Source: Spirochaetales bacterium (lineage in GTDB: Bacteria > Spirochaetota > Spirochaetia > PWKH01). From it: DNA of 53,785 bases. The notes beneath the pieces were generated by a model. The model was not told where the DNA came from, did no database searches, and saw only the letters and a program-made list of their open reading frames with translations. The first letter of the stretch is position 1; the number at the start of each line of letters is the position of its first letter. Positions 20,498 to 29,893 of this stretch are shown piece after piece. A program made the translations under genes and the position numbers. The DNA is taken from positions 1-53,785 of the forward strand of contig JAIPFQ010000003.1 of assembly GCA_021736605.1 (NCBI GenBank). Reading direction: 5' to 3'.

Positions 20498-20655
20498 TGG
20501 CTTAAAACTTAGTGATAGGCTGAAAAGTTTTACATTACTGTCCCTCAGAGAATATTTTTCACTCTAGAACAGCGTTATATCGATATAAATCTAGATTTAC
20601 TTGAATATCTTATGAGTTTTTGTCTACTTCCAAACTATCTCTAAATTTTGTGCCA
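20498..20655. repeat. 158-bp inverted-site element, copy A
   Basis: Left TGGCTTAAAACTTAGTGATAGG (20498-20519); right CTATCTCTAAATTTTGTGCCA (20635-20655). Confidence 0.8.
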
Positions 20656-20671
20656 CTGTAAAAAGAATACA

Positions 20672-20700
20672 CAGGGAGAGACTGCTCCGTCTCTCCCCTG
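20672..20700 (-). terminator. Hairpin downstream of alkaline phosphatase gene
   Basis: CAGGGAGAGAC...GTCTCTCCCCTG stem. Confidence 0.6.
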
Positions 20701-20738
20701 ATGAAATTACTTGCAGAAGGATTTTCCCGTCATCAGTT

Positions 20739-22265
20739 TTAACGACTGCTGACAGCTGAAATCGGAAAATTCATGATATCTGCAATTTTCCAAAAAATAT
20801 CGGTATTATCATAGTAGCCCTGAAAGAGTCCAGCGTTCGGACCCAATGCAAAAGTAGGAACTGGTACAGCTGTGTGGGAATAAGAAGTCCAAGCCAGACC
20901 AGCACGTTGGTTAAGGATATGGGTAACAGTTACTGTGAAGGGTTCATAGTATCCGTAAAGCAGGTACTCATTCTGGGAAGCCGGTCGTACAATCTCTCCT
21001 CCCAAACTTCTCTGCAGTGCTTCTTCCAGCTGTGCATATTCATTTTCGTTAAGATCTGTTAAACCGAAGTAGTTTTCCAATGCAGGAAGCAAATCTTCAA
21101 GTTCTGCTGAATAGACTGAATGTTCATCTTTATACGGTCCGAGCACTTCAGCATCAAAACCCTCGTAGGAAATATGCTGCTCCTGAAGCCCGGAAAATGC
21201 AGATTCGTATCCAGTTCCAGCAAAACCGAGGGTCAAACCGCCCGTTTCATGGTCCGCAGTTACCACAATAAGCGTATCTTCGGGATGCTCATTATAGAAG
21301 GATACAGCCTCCTCTACAGCATCATTGAAAGCAATGGTATCCTGAATTGCGGTTACAGCATCATTAGCATGACAGGCATGGTCAATTCTACCGCTTTCTA
21401 CCATCATGAAAAAACCATTTTCATCCTGAGAAAGCAGTTCTATACCCTTCCGCGTAAGCTCAGCTAAAGAAGGCTGTTCAGCATCATCTATATCATAATC
21501 AAGATGCGAATAAGAGAAGAGTCCCAGCACTTTTTCATCAGCCTGGGGGGTCCATTCCAGAAAACGGCGAGTATCACTTTCGCTTATAAAAGTCTCATAT
21601 CCCATATCTGCCATTTCTTCAACAAGGTCCCGACCATCTGTTCTTTTTGAAGGGAGTCCGCTGCCTGCTGAAACAAAGTGGCGATATCCGCCTCCTGCAA
21701 AATAATCAACCCCGCTGTCAGACATATCAGCAGCAATTTCATTTTCATTTCCACGGTGCTCATTATGTGCAGCAAATACTGCAGGAGTAGCATGAGTCAT
21801 TCTTGTGCTGGTAACAATACCGGTTGCCATATCTTTATCCTGAGAATACTCAACTAAATTTTTCAGCGGCTGTTTTTCCGTTCCCACCCCGATGGCATTG
21901 ATATATGTTTTATACCCCGTTGCAATTGCAGTTCCTGCAGCTGCAGATCCTGTTATGAACCGGTCAGCGGCATAAGTAGTAATCATACCCTGTGCCGGGA
22001 ATTGAGAAAAATCTGTTTTTTCAACAGGCTTTCCGAGTCGTGAACCGACATATGCCTCCGTGGCGGAAACCTGAGGCATCGCCATACCGTCACCAATAAG
22101 TAAAATCACATGTTTAACATTACTCTCAGCTGCCGCTCCTGCAACTGCCGAAACGCTTGGATCAGTCGTGGAAGATACTTCCTGTGCACCCTCTGCTGCG
22201 GCAAATCCTGCAGCGCTCAAGAGAATAAGAGCAGCTGAAAGGACTCTTTTCACACTATCTTTCAT
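20739..22265 (-). CDS. phoA: Alkaline phosphatase
   Basis: ILLIGDGM, ITGSAAAGTA (nucleophile Ser), THATPA, MVESGRIDHACH, VTADHETGG, HTAVPVP; signal peptide. Confidence 0.93.
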   Translation of the reverse strand: MKDSVKRVLSAALILLSAAGFAAAEGAQEVSSTTDPSVSAVAGAAAESNVKHVILLIGDGMAMPQVSATEAYVGSRLGKPVEKTDFSQFPAQGMITTYAADRFITGSAAAGTAIATGYKTYINAIGVGTEKQPLKNLVEYSQDKDMATGIVTSTRMTHATPAVFAAHNEHRGNENEIAADMSDSGVDYFAGGGYRHFVSAGSGLPSKRTDGRDLVEEMADMGYETFISESDTRRFLEWTPQADEKVLGLFSYSHLDYDIDDAEQPSLAELTRKGIELLSQDENGFFMMVESGRIDHACHANDAVTAIQDTIAFNDAVEEAVSFYNEHPEDTLIVVTADHETGGLTLGFAGTGYESAFSGLQEQHISYEGFDAEVLGPYKDEHSVYSAELEDLLPALENYFGLTDLNENEYAQLEEALQRSLGGEIVRPASQNEYLLYGYYEPFTVTVTHILNQRAGLAWTSYSHTAVPVPTFALGPNAGLFQGYYDNTDIFWKIADIMNFPISAVSSR

Positions 22266-22382
22266 TTTTTTCTCCTATAGAAATTAATTTTGATACTGCA
22301 GTGTGTCCTTTGCTTATGAGATTTTTATGATGTTTTTTTAATAAACTGACTAATCTTTCGTTAAGAAAATATGAGCTTTTTC

Positions 22383-22430
22383 AACCAACCACCCAACGAA
22401 CCAACCACCCAACAAACCAACCACCCAACC
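22383..22430. repeat. Tandem repeat, 3 x 16 bp (AACCAACCACCCAACN)
   Basis: Read directly from the sequence. Confidence 0.9.
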
Positions 22431-22438
22431 GCCAGCGT

Positions 22439-23596
22439 TTATGGAGTACTCAGATAGCGGTTTTTATTCTCAAGATGGTCTTCGTAGGTTCTGCCGAAAT
22501 GGATTCCGCCGTTTCGATCGTGCAGATAATACAGATAATCCGTCTCAGCAGGATATACGGCTGCCTTCAGCGCTTCATGTCCCGGACTGCCGATGGGAGT
22601 CGGCGGCAAGCCCTTTTTTCTTCGTGTATTGTAGGCAGTCTCTGCTTCAAGCTGTGCTTTCGTCAAAGGATTCGACCAGTCATCCAGCTCATACCGCGTA
22701 GAAGCATCAATACCCAAGGGCATATTTTTTTCAAGCCTGTTGTAGATAATTCCGGCAATAAACGGCATCTCTTCATGATTTGCAGTCTCTCGCTGAACCA
22801 TAGATGCAATGATAATAACTTCATTCACCGTATACGGGGAGGAACGAAGATCACTCCAATATGGAGTTAGAGCTTCTTCAAATCGATCTATCATAGCTGA
22901 AACAACCTGAACAGGAGATAGCGAGTACGGATAGAAACGATAACTGCCGGGAAAAACCAGCCCTTCGATGAAGGGATAACCTCTTTCTGCAGCAGCTTTA
23001 TCGGCCTTGGAAAGAAATTCATCCAGTGAAAGATCAGTAAAATAGGAGCTCACACGGGAATACAGCTCTTTTACAGTCATACCGGGAAAAACATGGATAT
23101 CAATAAACTGGACTTCCCCCGCAGTAAGAATATCCGCGGCTTCCCTGAAGGTTATGCCCTGAGGGAAGATATAACTGCCTGCCTGGATCCGGGTGTCAAA
23201 CCCCTTCGAAATAAGGTAGCGTTTAAATAAGAAGCGGCTGCTTATGATACCTTCCCTTTTCAACTTCCTCACCGTCACATCCACGGGCTGCCCTCTGGAA
23301 ACCGTAATCTCAACTGCCTGCTGCTGATCAGAACCTGAGACCACTCCAAGGCCGGCTCCAGCATTTCGCAAGATAAGACCTGTTCCGATTCCCAGAAAAA
23401 TTAAGCCGAAAAAGAAGATATAAAACCAAACATTCCTAAAATTCCAAATATCTCTAAATGTAAAGGATGTTTTCTTTTTCTTCTTTGGCTTCTTTTTTTT
23501 GTTTACCGGCCAATCCTCTCTATCTTTCGGTTTTTCTGTCGATTTATCCGCCGTTCTACTCGTCAGTGATTTTTTTATATTCCGAAATTTTTTCAT
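22439..23596 (-). CDS. mltG: Endolytic transglycosylase MltG
   Basis: Single TM, IEGLVFPGSY, IIASMVQRE, LGIDAS, YNTRRKKGLPPTPIGSPG, YLYYL. Confidence 0.92.
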   Translation of the reverse strand: MKKFRNIKKSLTSRTADKSTEKPKDREDWPVNKKKKPKKKKKTSFTFRDIWNFRNVWFYIFFFGLIFLGIGTGLILRNAGAGLGVVSGSDQQQAVEITVSRGQPVDVTVRKLKREGIISSRFLFKRYLISKGFDTRIQAGSYIFPQGITFREAADILTAGEVQFIDIHVFPGMTVKELYSRVSSYFTDLSLDEFLSKADKAAAERGYPFIEGLVFPGSYRFYPYSLSPVQVVSAMIDRFEEALTPYWSDLRSSPYTVNEVIIIASMVQRETANHEEMPFIAGIIYNRLEKNMPLGIDASTRYELDDWSNPLTKAQLEAETAYNTRRKKGLPPTPIGSPGHEALKAAVYPAETDYLYYLHDRNGGIHFGRTYEDHLENKNRYLSTP

Positions 23597-24671
23597 TGTT
23601 CTGATCGATTTTTCGTTCAGTTTCTACAATTTCCCTCTTTATCTGTTCGATCTGCTGCCGCTTGTTGTCCACCAGCTGCTTATCCCTGTCAATAATCTGC
23701 ATCAATTCACTTATTTTCAGCTCGGTTTCCAGCTTTTTAATTTTCTTTTCTGTCTCTTCAATTCTCTTCCTGTATTCTCCAATACGTTCAAGAATATCCT
23801 TCAGTTCATCATCCTTGAGATCCTTATAAATATCCGGATGATCAAGTACATACGAACCAATCTTGCTGTAGAGCTGCTTTATATTTGCGTCATGCACCTC
23901 TTTACTTTCATTAAGCTCTTCTACCCGCTTATCCAGATTCTCTGAGACTCCTGCATGAGAAAGCATTTCTTCATTTCTATACTTATCAGACTTCTTCTCT
24001 TCCAACCGTTTATTGAGCAAATCCTGATTCTTATCCAGCTTTGTATACTCCTCTGCAAGGGACGTAGCAGTTTTGCTCTTAATATCTTTAATCATTTTTG
24101 AAGTGCAGATCTGTTTGCCGGCTTTTCTGAAAAGCTGTTCACGATCTTCATTTAACTGATCAATCTCTTTTCGCATTTTTTTCTGCCGCATCCTTAATGA
24201 GACCCGCTCAAAAATGGAAGCAGCAACATACCTCAGTTCGATATCCTTCAACTCTTTCTGAACCTTTGTAAGCTTTGCATTCTGATGAATCACTGCAGAG
24301 AAAACAAGGGAAAATTCCTCACTTGCCTCTCCAGCAGTGTACTCTTCATAAGCAATCACTCCGATCCGACTGTAAAGCGAGTTCTTTTCAAATTCAATAG
24401 AAGCAAGCCGCTGTTCAATCTGCGAAATCTCCTCTTTTGATGTTTTTACTGCATGATCAGCTTTATGGATATCATCAATAAGTCGATCAATCCTTTTTAT
24501 TTCCCCTTCTACACCCAGGATCTGATCCAATATCTCTTTTTCTGGAAATTCTTCAGGTTTGATGTGGGGAGAAACTACCTTCCCCAGGTCTGCAAGGTTC
24601 TGCTCGAGAATTTTCTGAACCTTGGCAACTTCTTTCTGGTATGTATTAATAAGCGAACGTTTCTCTTCCAT
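23556..24671 (-). CDS. Coiled-coil hypothetical protein
   Basis: Long E/K/L heptad-rich ORF. Start re-called at MEEKRSL (SD AAGGAG); overlaps the mltG start. Confidence 0.8.
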   Translation of the reverse strand: MEEKRSLINTYQKEVAKVQKILEQNLADLGKVVSPHIKPEEFPEKEILDQILGVEGEIKRIDRLIDDIHKADHAVKTSKEEISQIEQRLASIEFEKNSLYSRIGVIAYEEYTAGEASEEFSLVFSAVIHQNAKLTKVQKELKDIELRYVAASIFERVSLRMRQKKMRKEIDQLNEDREQLFRKAGKQICTSKMIKDIKSKTATSLAEEYTKLDKNQDLLNKRLEEKKSDKYRNEEMLSHAGVSENLDKRVEELNESKEVHDANIKQLYSKIGSYVLDHPDIYKDLKDDELKDILERIGEYRKRIEETEKKIKKLETELKISELMQIIDRDKQLVDNKRQQIEQIKREIVETERKIDQNNEKISEYKKITDE

Positions 24672-24718
24672 CCTCATCTCCTTTTGCAACCATTGTATCA
24701 TACCACATTACCCTTTCC

Positions 24719-24747
24719 TTGACAAAGAAACAGTCTGTTTATATTCT
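24719..24747 (+). promoter_or_regulatory. Sigma70-type promoter
   Basis: TTGACA (24719)-N17-TATTCT (24742). The ORF-track TTG start lies inside this -35 box. Confidence 0.65.
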
Positions 24748-24778
24748 AATAAAAACAGACAATTGTGGAAAAACAGTA

Positions 24779-26524
24779 GTGTCTCATAAGAACAAACAAT
24801 TATTAGAAGAGTTTTACATTATCTGCGGCGATATTGATTTAGCAAATCCTACTTTACTGCAGCAGAAAACACCGGTCCTCCTAAGCGATGCTTATCAGCG
24901 TGATACTATTGTTGAAGCTGTCAGTGCGGATGGCGCCGGATTAGCAGCAATTATCTCATCTATTCTCATCACCCATAAAAGAAAATCTGTAAAATCAGTT
25001 AATCCAAAAGAATCTGAGGTGTCTGCGGCAGAACCATCGGTACTAGTCTTGATGAACAGCGATGAAATCCTGAATAATGCTCAGTATTTTCATCAGTTCT
25101 CTTCAGAGAGAAGTGAATCACGGCGCTGCCTCAGTCATGCTGTCATTGGGGATAAGGATAATGCAAAAAGAGACCTCAAAGCTCTTTATGCCAGACCTGA
25201 GGTGATTATTTCTACTCCCGATAGAATTATTGATCACGTACGAAGAGACAATCTCATCCTGAATGCCGTTACAAAAGTTATTATCGTACGTCCCCAAGCC
25301 AGTACTGATAATGCTGACAGCTCTGAAATGGAAAATGAAGCCGCTGAAGACAGAGAAAAAAATATTCCCCAAACCGCTGAACAAAAGCATCAGAATGACG
25401 CTGAACTGCCCCGCTGTACATCTGCAGCAGAAGCTGCAGCAGTTGAAGGAGATACAGCTGTTTCGGAATTTTCCGAAATCGAAGCTTCACCTTCAGAAGC
25501 AATCCTCAGTTTTGATCATGATGTGCTCTTCATCAGCTCTAAAATACCACGGCATCCTGCCGTTCATCTCTTCACCCCAGATGCAGAGCAGACAAACAAC
25601 CTTCACGAACTTGTTAAACGGCCGAAAATAATAAGACGTGAAGACTGGGACAGCAGCAGAAAAGCTATTTGGATACAAACCGTCAATGTCCTAGAACCCC
25701 AAGAAGCCCTGAACATCATTTATGCACGTGCTTATGATAAAGGGATAATTATTTGTGCTGATAACGCACAGAAGGAGGATCTGTCAGCGCACATCAATCA
25801 AAGTTTTTTGCACATCAATTTTTCTGTCTACACAATTTCAGAAAGCATCAGCATGCATTTCGATGGACCCGTTTCAGTGATTGTGTACGGTATTCCCGAT
25901 ATCAGTTCTCAAAGCAGGCGCAAGGCCTTTCTCAAACTTTTCAACACAATAAATGTATCGGAATTCATTTTTATCCTTACACAGTCTAATCGTTCCAGAT
26001 TCAAAATTTTACAGGAGAATTATACCATGGATGAACCAAAAGAGACAAAACATTCACCAGAAGAAGTATTTGCAGGTAAACTCAAAATGCTTACAGAACA
26101 AGTTCGGCTGGACAAAAATCCGGAAGAACTGAACAAAATTAAAAAACTGATGAAAAAAAATGTCCCCTTTCATCTCCGTTCCTATCTCTTTGCCTATCTG
26201 CTGCGCGAAGCGATGGGAAATATCGATTCAGAATATGAACACAGGAGTAAAAAGGATACAAGTAAACCGGCAGATCCGGATGCCGCTACCCTATTCGTGA
26301 GCATCGGCAAAAAAAGAAGAGTCTACCCCAAGGATTTAGCAAAATTATTTAAAGCAAACTTAGAACTTTCAAATGAAGAGATAGGTTCAATACGGGTTCT
26401 GGATAATTATTCCTTTATCAGTATTTCGAAGGATAAAGCCCAGATCGCTATTGAAAAAATGGACGGAATCAAATTCCGCGGGCGAAATATCACAGTCAAT
26501 TTCGCCAAAAAGAAGCAGGGCTAA
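24779..26524 (+). CDS. Degenerate DEAD-box (DeaD/DbpA-like) pseudo-helicase with C-terminal DbpA RNA-binding domain
   Basis: Q-motif-like PTLLQQKTP and motif Ib-like IISTPDRIIDH, but no GKT and no DEAD. C-terminal TLFVSIGKKRRVYPKD...IGSIRVLDNYSFI...FRGRNITVNFAK. Start re-called at GTG 24779. Confidence 0.8.
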   Translation: MSHKNKQLLEEFYIICGDIDLANPTLLQQKTPVLLSDAYQRDTIVEAVSADGAGLAAIISSILITHKRKSVKSVNPKESEVSAAEPSVLVLMNSDEILNNAQYFHQFSSERSESRRCLSHAVIGDKDNAKRDLKALYARPEVIISTPDRIIDHVRRDNLILNAVTKVIIVRPQASTDNADSSEMENEAAEDREKNIPQTAEQKHQNDAELPRCTSAAEAAAVEGDTAVSEFSEIEASPSEAILSFDHDVLFISSKIPRHPAVHLFTPDAEQTNNLHELVKRPKIIRREDWDSSRKAIWIQTVNVLEPQEALNIIYARAYDKGIIICADNAQKEDLSAHINQSFLHINFSVYTISESISMHFDGPVSVIVYGIPDISSQSRRKAFLKLFNTINVSEFIFILTQSNRSRFKILQENYTMDEPKETKHSPEEVFAGKLKMLTEQVRLDKNPEELNKIKKLMKKNVPFHLRSYLFAYLLREAMGNIDSEYEHRSKKDTSKPADPDAATLFVSIGKKRRVYPKDLAKLFKANLELSNEEIGSIRVLDNYSFISISKDKAQIAIEKMDGIKFRGRNITVNFAKKKQG

Positions 26525-26529
26525 TTTCA

Positions 26530-27198
26530 ATGTACATTTCATTACACCAAGTAGGAGATTTAGAGACGAATGCCTATATCATAAGTGAGAATAAGAAAGA
26601 TTGCTGCATTATTGATCCCGGCGACAACGCCGAAGAGATCATCGAAGATATCAATGAAGAGGGGTTCAGACCTCAGGGAATACTCCTAACCCATGGACAT
26701 TTGGATCATATTATGGGCATTCCTGAAATCATTGCTTATTTTAATGCGAAAGGGGTCCATGTCCCCGTCTATATTCACCGAGATGATGCCTCTTCCTTAG
26801 GTACCGAGGCGGCTTCCTATCATAAAGGGTTTTTTATGTCAGTTAATCCGGCGATGTTCTACCAGAACATCCATCATATTGAGAAACTGCCTCAAGCTGA
26901 ACAGTACCTCGAAGACGGGGCAATGATTACTGATTCTTCTTTGCAGGTTCTTCATACACCGGGTCACAGCCCTGGTTCCGTCTGCTTTTACTCTAAGAAA
27001 CACAATACACTGTTTTCCGGGGACACTCTTTTCAAGGATTCCGTTGGACGCTGTGATTTGCCCGGAGGAAATATGAATACTTTAGAACAGAGTATTCAGG
27101 AAAAACTCCTCGGACTCGGGGGAGATACTAACATACTCCCGGGCCACGGTGAAGCGACTTCCCTGGCCGAAGAACTGAAAAATAATCCATTTCTCTAG
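26530..27198 (+). CDS. MBL-fold metallo-hydrolase (glyoxalase II/YcbL-like)
   Basis: LTHGHLDHI, HTPGHSPGS, FSGDTLF, PGHG. Confidence 0.93.
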   Translation: MYISLHQVGDLETNAYIISENKKDCCIIDPGDNAEEIIEDINEEGFRPQGILLTHGHLDHIMGIPEIIAYFNAKGVHVPVYIHRDDASSLGTEAASYHKGFFMSVNPAMFYQNIHHIEKLPQAEQYLEDGAMITDSSLQVLHTPGHSPGSVCFYSKKHNTLFSGDTLFKDSVGRCDLPGGNMNTLEQSIQEKLLGLGGDTNILPGHGEATSLAEELKNNPFL

Positions 27199-27233
27199 TA
27201 CTGCTTCAGAACTAGCGAACTTGAATTACAGCC

Positions 27234-27279
27234 TCACCAGCTGATTTATAAAACTGATTCATAAAACATCAGCTGGTGA
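27234..27279. terminator. Hairpin between convergent genes
   Basis: TCACCAGCTGAT / ATCAGCTGGTGA, 12-bp perfect stem. Confidence 0.55.
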
Positions 27280-27383
27280 AGAGCTTAATTAACTGCACAG
27301 CTTCATAAGCCCGCAGTTTCACATTCTGAACCCTGCCTGTTTCAGTTTTCAGTTCACATGAGCATGAGTACTCAATAATTAAT

Positions 27384-27755
27384 TCAAGCCCTTCTGCTGC
27401 TTTTCTCCTCTCCATTCTTGCATTCGATGCAGAGCAGTGCATAGGGAATTGCCCTCAAACGTTCCTGAGGAATTTTCTTGCCGCAGCTTAGGCATTTCCC
27501 ATACCGTTGATTTTTAATTCTTGATATTGCGGAATCGATCAACCGCAATCGTTTTACTTCATGCTGATTGAGAGCTTCCATCTGGCGTTTATCAATATCA
27601 TCCGAGGCAACATCTCCAAGATCCTTGATGCTCATATCACTTACTAACTGCTTGAAATCCTCATCTTCAGACATGAATTTCCTGATGATTTCTTCTTTCA
27701 TCTCAAAAAGTTTCTGTTCCATCTCATCAACAAATTGTTTATCCAAATTACTCAC
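27384..27755 (-). CDS. dksA: DksA/TraR-family zinc-finger protein
   Basis: Coiled-coil tip DLGDVA (DxxDxA); YGKCLSC...ERLRAIPYALLCIEC. Confidence 0.88.
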   Translation of the reverse strand: MSNLDKQFVDEMEQKLFEMKEEIIRKFMSEDEDFKQLVSDMSIKDLGDVASDDIDKRQMEALNQHEVKRLRLIDSAISRIKNQRYGKCLSCGKKIPQERLRAIPYALLCIECKNGEEKSSRRA

Positions 27756-27818
27756 CCCCTAGATTGTAACCACTTTACGCGGTTGGATGTTACATAATAT
27801 AATTTACTTAATTTGTCA

Positions 27819-27858
27819 AGCAGTTTGAAGCTGTTGACAGCAGTTTGAAGCTGTTGAC
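27819..27858. repeat. Tandem duplication, 2 x 20 bp (AGCAGTTTGAAGCTGTTGAC)
   Basis: Read directly from the sequence. Confidence 0.9.
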
Positions 27859-27901
27859 AAAAGCTGAAACATTCCATAGAATTTTTTTGTTTCATACATG
27901 C

Positions 27902-27999
27902 GGGCACAAATTTTAGTGATACCTTCGCGATTATCCCTTTAACGCTGATTAAGGGCTTTCCAAATCGGGAGAATGCAATTGTCACTAAAATTCATGCCG
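27902..27999. repeat. Inverted-site element, copy B (98 bp)
   Basis: Left GGGCACAAATTTTAGTGATAC; right TGTCACTAAAATTCATGCCG. Confidence 0.7.
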
Positions 28000-28049
28000 G
28001 TAAATGTGTTATAAATATAAGCTATTTCCCGTACTGGACTAATCATGAA

Positions 28050-28078
28050 TTGACCAATTCTTGTTGAAACAATATGAT
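28050..28078 (+). promoter_or_regulatory. Sigma70-type promoter of infA
   Basis: TTGACC-N17-TATGAT. Confidence 0.65.
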
Positions 28079-28125
28079 GCGGTAAGCTATGTATTCATGT
28101 AAACATACAGCCTGCAGGAGGAATT

Positions 28126-28344
28126 GTGGCAAAAGAAGAAGCTATTGAAGTAGAAGGTATAGTAAAGGAATCTTTACCGAACACCATGTTCAGGGTTGCA
28201 CTTGAAAATGGACACGTAATCCTTGCTCATCTGTCTGGAAAGATGAGAAAACATTACATTAGAATTGTACCCGGTGATAAAGTAAGGGTCGCGCTGTCTC
28301 CGTATGACCTCACACGAGGAAGAATTATTTACAGGGAAAGATAA
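28126..28344 (+). CDS. infA: Translation initiation factor IF-1
   Basis: [11 protein letters not shown]...LPNTMFRV...[11 protein letters not shown]...[10 protein letters not shown]; GTG start, SD AGGAGG. Confidence 0.98.
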   Translation: MAKEEAIEVEGIVKESLPNTMFRVALENGHVILAHLSGKMRKHYIRIVPGDKVRVALSPYDLTRGRIIYRER

Positions 28345-28473
28345 AAACAACATCTGCAGAAACAAGCAGAAAAACATTTTCAGCTAAACAACTAAAGCGT
28401 AAACTAGGTAATATAAAGTAATAACTTGGTAAAAACTAAAATAATTCATTTTTACTATATTCAAAATATGCTT

Positions 28474-29028
28474 TTATTTCTTAATCAAAACCCAGGTTGC
28501 CCCGGAACCGCCTAAAGCTCTTCCCGGCGTACCAGAAAGTCCTGCATGGGGAGACACGTCAATACACGTCTTTACGACCCGTTTTAATACCGGCTCTTCC
28601 TGGGAGTGATTGCCCTTGCCGTGGATAATCAGAACTTTTTTCAAACCATCCCTGGAAGCCTGCTTGAGAAAATTCATAGTTGTTTTATGAGCTGTATCGC
28701 TGACCATCCCATGGAGGTCAAGAACTCTCTGAGGAAGAAGATCTTTGGCAGCTTTCTTCCCAACATTCGCTTTATGTCCAAGGCGGGAGTGTTCGTCCTC
28801 TTCTTTTTGTTTAATCACGTCGTCAGAAGGGGCATACTTATCTAAATGAGCTGTCCAGTCATCTGAACGGCTAATATCTCTATTTTTATTACCATTGACA
28901 CTGCTTTTTTCGGCTCGCTCAGCTCTGTCACCTGACCTGCTGCTGTTATCTCGCTGGTCTGTTTTTCGTGTTTTGTCTGAATGGCCTTGGACAGACTCCC
29001 ATTCATCCAGAATCTTTCCAAAGTCCAT
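28474..29028 (-). CDS. Smr/MutS2-domain protein
   Basis: LDLHG, IIHGKGNHS, GGSGATWV. Confidence 0.92.
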   Translation of the reverse strand: MDFGKILDEWESVQGHSDKTRKTDQRDNSSRSGDRAERAEKSSVNGNKNRDISRSDDWTAHLDKYAPSDDVIKQKEEDEHSRLGHKANVGKKAAKDLLPQRVLDLHGMVSDTAHKTTMNFLKQASRDGLKKVLIIHGKGNHSQEEPVLKRVVKTCIDVSPHAGLSGTPGRALGGSGATWVLIKK

Positions 29029-29031
29029 AAT

Positions 29032-29676
29032 TCAGCTCTCTCTAATATCCTGTATTTCAATCACATATGGTTTTATGAGCTCTACAAGATCATCTTTATT
29101 AATATCCGTAACCTTCATGGTGCAGAGAGCGTTGGTCGGGGCAGTGCCGAGAAAAGTACCGAAGGAGATGATATTCCCGCCGTTCTCGAATACCGCTTTG
29201 GTAATTTCAAAGATTTCACCTGGATGATCCGGAACCAGCATGGATACACGTGTTCCCTGATCTCTTGCACCAAACAACTCAGAAAACACTTTAAACAGGT
29301 CTGATTCAGTGATAATCCCCACAAGCTCTTCATCTTCCACAACACATAAGCCGCCGATATCATTATCAACCATGATGCGGGAAGCCTCTTCTATAGCAGC
29401 CCCGGGACTAACGGTAATCGGTGTTTTCGTCATTACTTTATCCACCGTCAGCTTTGATACAAGATATGCCATCTCATAAACATCCAGTGTGCTTGCAGGT
29501 GAAGGTGAAGCATACAGAATATCCTTCTCAGTCACGATACCAATCAAGCGTTTGTGATTATCCACAACAGGAAGTCTATGAACCCGATTTTTCCTCATAA
29601 TCTTCTGAGCATCAGTAATAGGAACTGAGGCTTTTACAGTTATCGGATTCGGTGTCATCCGCCGGGCAACAATCAT
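29032..29676 (-). CDS. CBS-pair + ACT domain protein (AcuB-like)
   Basis: MTPNPITV...LPVVD...GIVTEKD, a second CBS domain, then ACT-like DHPGEI. Start re-called at MIVARR. Confidence 0.9.
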   Translation of the reverse strand: MIVARRMTPNPITVKASVPITDAQKIMRKNRVHRLPVVDNHKRLIGIVTEKDILYASPSPASTLDVYEMAYLVSKLTVDKVMTKTPITVSPGAAIEEASRIMVDNDIGGLCVVEDEELVGIITESDLFKVFSELFGARDQGTRVSMLVPDHPGEIFEITKAVFENGGNIISFGTFLGTAPTNALCTMKVTDINKDDLVELIKPYVIEIQDIRES

Positions 29677-29893
29677 ACCTTTTCCTCCTAAAATTAGCGT
29701 CCAGTTCACATATCTGCTTCATACCTGAACAAGAACACGTAAATCATCACTAGCACTATTTTAGTATATCACAAAAACCAGTCTTTTCGTTACCTGAAAC
29801 ACATGATTTTTTCGCCGCTGTCAAGAATTTTACTTTATTAGCGGTTACGGTCCTGATGATAAAAAACGAAATCGTCCTTTTAAAACTTCTGAA

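Noticed and set aside
20498-20519. Repeat half-site as a sigma54 promoter (TGGCAC-N5-TTGC)
   Set aside because: It has the -24 TGGC and TT, but none of the copies has the -12 GC (AG, TG, GG, GT or TT instead), and the sites point inward in pairs rather than toward genes.
24719-24778. ORF-track TTG start of the pseudo-helicase
   Set aside because: The TTG is part of the TTGACA -35 box; the downstream GTG at 24779 is more plausible.
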